This document shows, one piece after another, positions 1 through 6,970 of a DNA stretch of 17,056 bases. This DNA is from Bdellovibrionales bacterium. Its GTDB lineage: Bacteria; Bdellovibrionota; Bdellovibrionia; Bdellovibrionales; UBA840. The notes under the pieces are model-generated. The model was given only the letters and a program-made list of their open reading frames with translations. It was not told where the DNA came from and ran no database searches. The translations under genes and the position numbers were made by a program. The stretch lies in assembly GCA_037969075.1 (NCBI GenBank), contig JBBKWS010000187.1:1-17056 (forward strand), written 5' to 3'. Every line of letters begins with the position of its first letter. Position 1 is the stretch's first letter.

Positions 1-47
1 TGTCTATGGTTTATTTAAGCATGGCCGTAGCACATGAAGAACATTAA
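1..47 (+). CDS. atpB: F0F1 ATP synthase subunit a, C-terminal fragment (5' part outside window)
   Basis: Frame from nt 3 reads SMVYLSMAVAHEEH, then TAA at 45-47. This is a typical subunit a C-terminus and lies directly upstream of atpE. Not in the ORF track. Confidence 0.85.
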   Translation, partial: SMVYLSMAVAHEEH

Positions 48-63
48 GAAGGAGAAACTTAAT

Positions 64-378
64 ATGAAAAACAAAATGCTTGTTCTTGCAGTTTTACTTG
101 CCTCTTCACCAGCTCTTGCACAAGAAGCTGTTGCTCTTGATGCAAGCGTAAAAAGTTCTTTAGCTCTAGCTATCGGACTAATCATGTCTCTTGCACCTAT
201 TGGCTGTGCAATTGGTATGGGTCTAATTGGTAGTTCAGGCCTTACTGGTATCGCTCGCAATCCAGCGGCACAAGGAAAGATCTTTATTCCAATGATCATC
301 GGTCTTGCTTTTATTGAAGCATTCGTGATTTTTGGTCTACTAGTATCATTCTCTTTAATTCCGTTGATCAAAGGGTAA
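64..378 (+). CDS. atpE: F0F1 ATP synthase subunit c, 104 aa, with signal-peptide-like N-terminal extension
   Basis: Gly-rich helix 1 (GCAIGMG), polar loop ARNP, and ion-binding Glu in GLAFIEA. SD AAGGAG at 49-54 favours ATG 64 over ATG 34, which lies inside atpB. Confidence 0.96.
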   Translation: MKNKMLVLAVLLASSPALAQEAVALDASVKSSLALAIGLIMSLAPIGCAIGMGLIGSSGLTGIARNPAAQGKIFIPMIIGLAFIEAFVIFGLLVSFSLIPLIKG

Positions 379-398
379 TTTTAAATTCCATTGATTTT

Positions 399-427
399 AA
401 AAAGGGAGCTTTAGGGCTCCCTTTTTT
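399..427 (+). terminator. Rho-independent terminator after atpE (potentially bidirectional)
   Basis: AAAAAGGGAGCT-TTAG-GGCTCCCTTTTTT: GC-rich stem with an A-tract before and a T-tract after. Confidence 0.9.
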
Positions 428-428
428 A

Positions 429-457
429 TTGAAAATATGTAACTTCTACAGTATCAA
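429..457 (+). promoter_or_regulatory. Possible sigma70-type promoter for the small secreted protein gene or its leader
   Basis: TTGAAA (429-434), 17-nt spacer, TATCAA (452-457). The -10 lacks the last conserved T. Confidence 0.35.
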
Positions 458-538
458 GAGGAGCTAACTGATTGATTACTGGTCGCTGTTTCAGGGTAAA
501 AAACACTATAAACAGACATATCCACAATCGAGTTCTCT
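457..538 (+). other. Candidate structured RNA / cis-regulatory leader (long imperfect hairpin), family unknown
   Basis: Nested complementary arms: AGAGGAGCT(457-465)/AGTTCTCT(531-538), GATTG(470-474)/CAATC(525-529), TGG(480-482)/CCA(522-524), CTGTTT(486-491)/AAACAG(510-515). Folded by eye only. Confidence 0.35.
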
Positions 539-581
539 AAAAAATTTGTTCTGTTATTATTCCGTTTTACTAGGAGACTTA

Positions 582-812
582 ATGAAACACATATTATTTT
601 TAGTAACATTAATGGTAGTGGGTATGGCTCAAGCGCAACCTAAGTTAACAATTGATCCATCTTTCGGTAGTTCATATTGCCGATCTAAAAATCATGCTGT
701 TCCGCAAGTTCAGCTTCAAAGTCTTATGCAGGAAAAATGTGACACCAGGAAGCCATTTAACGTTTCATGGGTTAGCAGCAAAACAGTAGCTTTTTGCTGC
801 ATTCAAAAATAA
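582..812 (+). CDS. Small secreted Cys-containing hypothetical protein (76 aa)
   Basis: SD AGGAG at 572-576 before ATG 582. Sec-type signal MKHILFLVTLMVVGMAQA/Q. Mature part has four Cys and ends in FCCIQK. Confidence 0.8.
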   Translation: MKHILFLVTLMVVGMAQAQPKLTIDPSFGSSYCRSKNHAVPQVQLQSLMQEKCDTRKPFNVSWVSSKTVAFCCIQK

Positions 813-2354
813 TTATTTCTTTCTAAAAAACACCAAAATTAACGGCAGCAGTAAAAACATAAAACCAAAGTGCACAGGAGCTGATGCCTTTGCAGAATAG
901 TTACAGCCGTTAGAGTTAAACTCAGCCAAAGCTTTAGATGCACTTGAACCTGATTGTGAACACTGATCACCCGTGCAAGGTGGATTTTCATCAATTGGCG
1001 GCAATCCTGCTTGCGCTGCTGCGGCAGCCTTAAAAGCGTTTATTCTTGGATATGTAAATTTAGATAATGCAGAATCTGAGGCCTCGACACTTACTACATC
1101 ACCAGTTGATTTGATCATATCGATAACTTGTTGGGCCGTTAGATTTGGATTTATACTAAATAACAATGTAGCAAGACCCGCAACATGTGGAGCTGCCATT
1201 GAAGTGCCTTGTATCCCATTATATTTACCAGCATTCATTGGGTACGTAGAATAGATAGTTTCGTTTAATCCACGACCGCCTCTTGCAACATCACCACCTG
1301 GTGCGATGACATCAACAATAGTTCCAAAATTACTGAAAGTAGCTAGTTGGTCCAAAGAGTTAGAAGCTCCGACTGTTAACGCTTCTGCTACACCAGCTGG
1401 CGCAAAACCTGAGGCATTTTGTGTGTCATTACCAGCGGCAACTACAGGGACCATCCCTTTTTGCAAAGCATATCTAATAGCATCTCGTTCGGCACTTGTT
1501 GGCGCCCTAGCTCCGCCCCATGAGCAGTTTACAACTCTAGCGCCATTGTCTGCGGCATAATAAATTGTTGCAAGTAGTGCATCTAGAGATCCGCCAGCGC
1601 TTGCATCTGGAAAACCTTTAACGGCCATAAGTTTTGTTTTCCAAACGACACCTGTAACACCTAGGGCATTGTTACCTACAGCCCCCACAGTACCAGCAAC
1701 ATGGGTTCCGTGGTAAAATCCATTTGCAGTGCCGGGTTTTGGATCACCGTCTTGATTGGCAAAGTCATAACCATAAATATCATCGACATATCCATTTCCA
1801 TCGTCATCAACACCGGCTGTGCCATTTTTCTCTAAATCGTTAATCCACATATTATCTTTTAAGTCTTCATGATTATAATCGACGCCAGTATCAGAAATGG
1901 CAGAGACAACTTCTTTACTGCCGGTAGATATATCCCACGCCTCTTCGGTATGAATTATTTGATGGCCCCACATTCTAGAAAAAGAGGTATCGTTTGGTGT
2001 AGCTTGTAAGTGAACCACACAATTCTGTTCAACACTTAATACATTTGGATTTGAGGTTATATCATAAACCTTAGAGCCTTCAGCCTTAACATGAAGTAAG
2101 GTCGGCGGTATTTCAGAGGATTTAGATTTAGATAAAATTAATGATTTTTTTGCATCTTGATTATGAATCACTTTTACTTGCATTCCATCAGCGCCTAGTA
2201 GCTCTGATAAAACAGTAGAATGAGACTTTGATTGAAAGCTAACATCTTCAGAGGATTTTAATCGAACCAGATACTCGTCTTTTATAATGTCTTCCGGCAA
2301 ACAATTTGCTGATGCTACACCGGCTACCAATAAAAAGAATAAAACCCACTTCAT
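813..2354 (-). CDS. Subtilisin-like S8 serine protease with signal peptide, prodomain and C-terminal membrane anchor/sorting tail
   Basis: Catalytic motifs ISDTGVD, HGTHVAG and GTSMAAPHVAG, and oxyanion AAGND. Acidic insert GVDDDGNGYVDDIYGYDF. N-terminal signal peptide. C-terminal hydrophobic helix followed by RKK. SD-like GGGGGA just upstream. Confidence 0.96.
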   Translation of the reverse strand: MKWVLFFLLVAGVASANCLPEDIIKDEYLVRLKSSEDVSFQSKSHSTVLSELLGADGMQVKVIHNQDAKKSLILSKSKSSEIPPTLLHVKAEGSKVYDITSNPNVLSVEQNCVVHLQATPNDTSFSRMWGHQIIHTEEAWDISTGSKEVVSAISDTGVDYNHEDLKDNMWINDLEKNGTAGVDDDGNGYVDDIYGYDFANQDGDPKPGTANGFYHGTHVAGTVGAVGNNALGVTGVVWKTKLMAVKGFPDASAGGSLDALLATIYYAADNGARVVNCSWGGARAPTSAERDAIRYALQKGMVPVVAAGNDTQNASGFAPAGVAEALTVGASNSLDQLATFSNFGTIVDVIAPGGDVARGGRGLNETIYSTYPMNAGKYNGIQGTSMAAPHVAGLATLLFSINPNLTAQQVIDMIKSTGDVVSVEASDSALSKFTYPRINAFKAAAAAQAGLPPIDENPPCTGDQCSQSGSSASKALAEFNSNGCNYSAKASAPVHFGFMFLLLPLILVFFRKK

Positions 2355-2383
2355 AATTCCCCCTGCTCTATCATTATATAATA

Positions 2384-2410
2384 AATTCGGCCCTTTACAG
2401 AGAGTAATTA
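2384..2410 (-). promoter_or_regulatory. Possible sigma28 (FliA)-type promoter of the protease
   Basis: Minus strand reads TAAT-N15-GCCGAATT, versus consensus TAAA-N15-GCCGATAA. A minus-strand TATAAT at 2373-2378 is an alternative sigma70 -10. Confidence 0.35.
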
Positions 2411-2531
2411 AAAGTTTGTTCAGTGGTTTTTGTACATATAGTTAACAAAAAGACCAAAAATAGAGAGTAGAAAAAAAATCTAAGCTAAGGTCGTGTAAAA
2501 AACTTTGTCAAAAACAGTAGGATTAACATAT

Positions 2532-2559
2532 TTGTAGATTCAAATACTTGCGGTATAAT
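2532..2559 (+). promoter_or_regulatory. Possible sigma70 promoter of the lipoprotein gene
   Basis: TTGTAG (2532-2537), 16-nt spacer, perfect TATAAT (2554-2559), ending 25 nt before ATG 2585. Confidence 0.5.
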
Positions 2560-2584
2560 TATTTAAATTGGTCCAGGGGATAGA

Positions 2585-3163
2585 ATGAAAAATTGTAGTA
2601 AAGTCTTCACATGTTTGTTTTTATCGATTATTGTTTGGGGATGTAGCTCGGTACAAAAAAATGATGTTCCAGTAAGTACGGATTTGCGCGAGAGTATAAA
2701 AAATGATTTGCCGAATAAAGAAATTAAAATAGAAGAGGTAATCGACTATAATTTATTAGAGCAAGCTATAAACCTAAAAATCCCCGCAGAAAAATTAGGC
2801 TTTTTTGAGAAGAGTTTTAACACATGTAGAGTTGGGTCGGGCTACCTCTCAAATGCTAATTGTAGAAATCTAAATTATATTGTTATTCACTTCAGGGTTC
2901 GTTGTAGAGATACAGAGGGAACCACAAGTGAGATAGTCACAGAGGCTAATTTAAGAGATAATGCAAACCGAGATATGATTTGGACTCTTAAAAATAAATC
3001 GGGCGAAATTGTGACGAATGCGGAAGGTTACGGGGAAATAAGAGAGGTCTATCAAGGGTCTCCTAAAACAGAAAGAATTCGTGTAAGTGATGGTAAAAGA
3101 TTTTTATACTTAAGGGCAAATGAGTTAACCACAGCAATAGTGCCAAACAATTGGTGTGATTAA
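2585..3163 (+). CDS. Hypothetical lipoprotein (192 aa)
   Basis: SD AGGGGA. Basic N-terminus, hydrophobic stretch and lipobox-like VWG-C. Four further Cys after the lipobox Cys. No family recognised. Confidence 0.8.
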   Translation: MKNCSKVFTCLFLSIIVWGCSSVQKNDVPVSTDLRESIKNDLPNKEIKIEEVIDYNLLEQAINLKIPAEKLGFFEKSFNTCRVGSGYLSNANCRNLNYIVIHFRVRCRDTEGTTSEIVTEANLRDNANRDMIWTLKNKSGEIVTNAEGYGEIREVYQGSPKTERIRVSDGKRFLYLRANELTTAIVPNNWCD

Positions 3164-6100
3164 GAAAGTAGAAATTCAAAATCATCTTGGGTAATTTGCG
3201 AAGAGGTCTGGTGAATATCTTTCACTACCTCTGTATCACTAAACAACGCCTGAAAGTGAGATGATTTTCTTTCTTTTAAAAACTCGATTTTTTCTTCTAC
3301 AGATTCTTCCATTAAATAGCGGTAGACCTGCACATGCCTTTCTTGTCCAATTCTATGCACACGGTCAGTGGCTTGATTCTCAACAGCAGGGTTCCACCAT
3401 GGCTCCATATGAAATACATAACTTGCCTTGGTAAGATTTAGACCGACCCCACCAGTTTTTAAAGTCATACAAAGCACGGCCCCGCCCTCAAAGTCATTAA
3501 AGCCAGAAAGAGTCTCTTCCCTTTTAATTTTTGTCATTCTTCCATCAAGACTAAAAGCAGGAATATTTTCTTGTTTTAATATTCTAAGAATTCTCTCAAG
3601 GCTTGGAATAAATTGAGTAAATACAATGGCGCTCTCGCCGCTTTCTACTATATTGATAAGGCTTTCTCTAAGGAGTCCAAACTTAGGAGGCTCTTCTTGA
3701 AACTTAACCCCAGGAATTGATGCTGGGTCTGAGCACACCTGTCTAAGGCGCAATAACGCGGTAAGCATTATCATTTGTGATTTTGCCTCACCCATTTCTT
3801 TTACGCTGTCTTTAACCTTTTGGTTCCAGGAAAGAGCGACGTCACGATATATTTTTCTTTGTTCGTCAGAGAAAGGAATTTTCATGATAGTTACTGTTTT
3901 ATCAGGAAGTTCTTTTAAAATTTCTTTTTTGGTACGTCTGAGTACCAGAGGTTTTATTTTTACTTTTAAAAAATCCATGTCTGTCTTTTTTATTACTGCT
4001 GGAGAGATATATGTTTTTTTGTATTCATCATAATCACCTAAAGAGCCAGACACAGCGGTATCCATTAAAGAATAAAATTCACCTAAATGGTTTTCCAGAG
4101 GAGTACCGGTTAAGCACAACTTAAATCTCGCGGGAATCTGTCGAACAATTGTGGCCCTACGAGTAACGATATTTTTGATGTTTTGTGCCTCATCGTAAAC
4201 ATGAATGTTCCAGGCGTGTTGTTTAAAATATTCTTCATGTTCAGTTAGTAGCCCGTAAGTAACAATTAATATGGCGCCTGTGCCGTCATTTAAACGTTGG
4301 CTGAGAGCCTCTTTGTCCTTCGACTGAAATTGAAGGATGGGCAGCTTTGGAGTAAACTTGATCGATTCTGATTTCCAGTTATAAACAAGTGACGTAGGAA
4401 CTATAATTAAAGTGTTACCCAGCGTCCCTTCTGCCCGTAAGGCCTCCAGGAAAGCAAGTGTTTGAAGTGTTTTACCAAGACCCATGTCATCCGCTAAAAT
4501 CCCACCTAGTCTTAAAGTGTAAATATCTTGTAGCCAGCGAAGACCTATTTTTTGATAAGGCTTCAGCTCTCCTTGAATTTCAGGAGAGATCAGCGGTTCT
4601 CTTGGGCCTGCAGAGAGGTTGTCATAAAAATCACAAACCTCGCTCCATTCTTCTCCGCCGTCAATAGCAACACCTAAAGATCTAAGCGCCAGTAGCTCAA
4701 GAGTAGCACTTTTCGGGATAGAAAAAAGTTTTGAGGTTTTAGATTTGGTCTTACTTGTGTCTTCTTTAGATTTAGCAATCCTCGCCCAAAATTTTTCTAA
4801 CGCTTTTACAGACGGCATTTCCTTAGACTTTAATACATACACCTTGCCGTCATACTCTAACCAACCGCCTTGGGTAAATTCAATGGCGGCATCGATATCT
4901 AATTCTTTACCTTTAAGAAAAAATTTAGGATGTAAAGAAAACCAATCCATCTTTTGGTTGGCAACAGCTGGATCTGGATTTTCTTCTGACAAATTAAATT
5001 TCCAATTAAAATCATTAGTGTCGAGAGTCTCAAGGGGCTTTCCATTAATAAAAAGCTGCCAACCAGATTCGGTTAAAGCGAATAAACTTTGTACGCGAAT
5101 AAACTTTTTTAAAGCCTCAGACCAAAGAGCATATTTAGCGATTCTTTCATTAAAAGAGATGTTTTCAATATCTTTATTTGTAGACAGCTCCCAAGCCATC
5201 TCATTTTCTAGATCTCTGGTGAATGGCATATAGTTGCTACGTGACTTTCTAAAAAGTTCACCGTCCGTCTGAATAAGTAGATCCTCTAAGATGGTAAACA
5301 ACAGTCGACACCACTCTAACTTTACGCCCTCAAAGCGAACCTCTTTATCCGAGGTAAATACAGAAAGAGAGCCATCTGTAACCTCTTCTAAAATTCTGAA
5401 ATAATTAAGCTGCAAGGTCGAGTAGATATTTTTAGATACTAAATGCTTAAAATTCTCTTCAGCGCGTATCCCTTCCATCAATAAAATAGCTCGGCCAAGA
5501 GATAGACTTAGCTTGTCGAAAAAATCTTCAGGAGATAGTTTTTTATCATCATTTGCACTGAGTGCATATTTTAATATTTCATAAATATACATTGTATAAA
5601 GGCCAGAGTGCTTTACGAACTTAATATCTCGGGTACGATTAGCGCCACGACGATCGCTAATAGAGTTGTCGTCAAATAGAAACTTAAAGCCAAGCAAAAA
5701 TCCCTGACTTATATGGTGACCTAAGAACCCAAAGTTGAATACAGAAAAATCCCCTGCCGTAACCGCTACTGAAATTTCATTGGACTTAGAAATGAAAATT
5801 TGAAAAGTAGACTCTTCTTTAGTAAAAGTCTGTACCTTGTAGTCCCAAGAGATTTCTAGAAAAGGAAATAAATTCTGTTTTTCACGCAAGTAGGCGGTAA
5901 CAACCTGAATAGTCTCATGTGAGGCCAAAGGAATTTCTTTGATAAAGGCAGGTATTGTGATCTGCCCATTGTTTGTTAACTCAAGATCGGGACTTAGATT
6001 TTTCAAAAATAAATAAAAATCATTTAAAAACTCTGACAGCGGGTGAAAGAAAATTTTATTTTCACCAGGCGTCCAGTCAAAAGATTTAAAACTAATCTTT

Positions 6101-6786
6101 TCTTCATCACCAAGTTTGAGCTTAAGGGTTCCAGCGCCAAGGACACTTTTTTGTCCTGATTCTTGCGAGTGCCATGCGAGCTCTAGTTTAACTCGCTCTT
6201 GAGATTTGTCGGCAATATAAAATTCATATTTTAAAATCGGGCTACATGCTGCCTCAAGTAAGTTTGATTTTTGAATCATATCTGAAAAAGCGATAAACAA
6301 ATCAAGGCGATTGTTAACAACAAGCTTTTGAGAGTTTTTAATTATTTTTAAGATAACATATTCTATGTCGCCGTATTTAAGAGGAAATGACAAAGATGGT
6401 GAGGTCCAATAAAAAAGTTTTAAATCCACGGTGGTATCATAAACGCCGCGAACTACCGGTAAGAGCTCGGGGTTAACTAAGTTACAGTTGGGGTGAAAAA
6501 ATATTTCATCCATCGCAACAATAGAACCATCTGTAAATACGTAATATAGGTTAACGCCCAGTATATCTAGGGCCTCACGAATTCTAGTTTGGGAGAACTC
6601 ACCGCCGCGATTTTGCAAAACGCTCGGCAACTCGTTAAGACGTATGAATTTATGTTGAAAAGACATTTGAAAGTTCGACTCTAGGCGTAGCGGCAAGTCA
6701 GGGTTAAGCTGCTGTATTGTCTCTCCAGACGTAGTCTGGGATTGTGCCTGTAAGATTAGCGACTTTAGCCGTATTTCTGTGCTCAA
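3160..6786 (-). CDS. SNF2/SWI2-family (SF2) DNA-dependent ATPase/helicase, 1208 aa, TTG start
   Basis: Motifs LKPYQ, GILADDMGLGKT (Walker A), VPTSLVYNW, DEAQNIKN (Walker B), LTGTPLEN, LRRTK, GGVGLNLT and EPWWNPAVENQATDRVHRIGQ. SD AGGAG just upstream of TTG 6786. Confidence 0.96.
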   Translation of the reverse strand: MSTEIRLKSLILQAQSQTTSGETIQQLNPDLPLRLESNFQMSFQHKFIRLNELPSVLQNRGGEFSQTRIREALDILGVNLYYVFTDGSIVAMDEIFFHPNCNLVNPELLPVVRGVYDTTVDLKLFYWTSPSLSFPLKYGDIEYVILKIIKNSQKLVVNNRLDLFIAFSDMIQKSNLLEAACSPILKYEFYIADKSQERVKLELAWHSQESGQKSVLGAGTLKLKLGDEEKISFKSFDWTPGENKIFFHPLSEFLNDFYLFLKNLSPDLELTNNGQITIPAFIKEIPLASHETIQVVTAYLREKQNLFPFLEISWDYKVQTFTKEESTFQIFISKSNEISVAVTAGDFSVFNFGFLGHHISQGFLLGFKFLFDDNSISDRRGANRTRDIKFVKHSGLYTMYIYEILKYALSANDDKKLSPEDFFDKLSLSLGRAILLMEGIRAEENFKHLVSKNIYSTLQLNYFRILEEVTDGSLSVFTSDKEVRFEGVKLEWCRLLFTILEDLLIQTDGELFRKSRSNYMPFTRDLENEMAWELSTNKDIENISFNERIAKYALWSEALKKFIRVQSLFALTESGWQLFINGKPLETLDTNDFNWKFNLSEENPDPAVANQKMDWFSLHPKFFLKGKELDIDAAIEFTQGGWLEYDGKVYVLKSKEMPSVKALEKFWARIAKSKEDTSKTKSKTSKLFSIPKSATLELLALRSLGVAIDGGEEWSEVCDFYDNLSAGPREPLISPEIQGELKPYQKIGLRWLQDIYTLRLGGILADDMGLGKTLQTLAFLEALRAEGTLGNTLIIVPTSLVYNWKSESIKFTPKLPILQFQSKDKEALSQRLNDGTGAILIVTYGLLTEHEEYFKQHAWNIHVYDEAQNIKNIVTRRATIVRQIPARFKLCLTGTPLENHLGEFYSLMDTAVSGSLGDYDEYKKTYISPAVIKKTDMDFLKVKIKPLVLRRTKKEILKELPDKTVTIMKIPFSDEQRKIYRDVALSWNQKVKDSVKEMGEAKSQMIMLTALLRLRQVCSDPASIPGVKFQEEPPKFGLLRESLINIVESGESAIVFTQFIPSLERILRILKQENIPAFSLDGRMTKIKREETLSGFNDFEGGAVLCMTLKTGGVGLNLTKASYVFHMEPWWNPAVENQATDRVHRIGQERHVQVYRYLMEESVEEKIEFLKERKSSHFQALFSDTEVVKDIHQTSSQITQDDFEFLLS

Positions 6787-6805
6787 GTAAACTCCTGATT
6801 AATGG

Positions 6806-6819
6806 GTGATTATAATCAA
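6806..6819. promoter_or_regulatory. Palindromic operator-like site (FNR/CRP-box-like) overlapping a TATAAT upstream of the SNF2 gene
   Basis: GTGAT-TATA-ATCAA contains the perfect 12-bp palindrome TGATTATAATCA (6807-6818) and matches TTGAT-N4-ATCAA at 9 of 10 positions. Confidence 0.35.
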
Positions 6820-6970
6820 TAAAGGTGACAAATAACAACCAGAAGAATTACAATACTGCTTTCGGACATAGGTATTTTACTTAGACAAAATTCAAATTCT
6901 ATGTAACTATTGGGCGCCTAAAAAAATAGAGTCAAAAAATCATAAATTTACCTAGGAAAAAGAGGCTGTA

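Noticed and set aside
34..63. Upstream ATG 34 for atpE
   Set aside because: Lies inside atpB; the SD at 49-54 supports ATG 64.
15..371. 118-aa minus-strand ORF
   Set aside because: Antisense shadow of atpE with no recognisable motifs.
518..526. DnaA-box-like ATATCCACA
   Set aside because: Single 8/9 match, with no box cluster or oriC gene context.
457..540. Lysine riboswitch (AGAGGAGC start) or c-di-GMP riboswitch
   Set aside because: Too short, lacks the other conserved motifs, and the downstream gene is unrelated.
546..581. TTG 546 start for the small protein
   Set aside because: SD and signal peptide fit ATG 582.
973..1560. Plus-strand ORFs 973-1254 and 1306-1560
   Set aside because: Antisense shadows of the S8 protease.
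3428..5233. Plus-strand ORFs 3428-3616, 4458-4667 and 4745-5233
   Set aside because: Antisense to SNF2, with no motifs or supporting signals.
430..6790. Accessory block as a genomic island or defence island
   Set aside because: No integrase, transposase, tRNA, flanking repeats, methylase or nuclease, and no obvious compositional shift by eye.
6882..6910. etfB promoter TAGACA...AACTAT
   Set aside because: The -10 is too poor to support a call.
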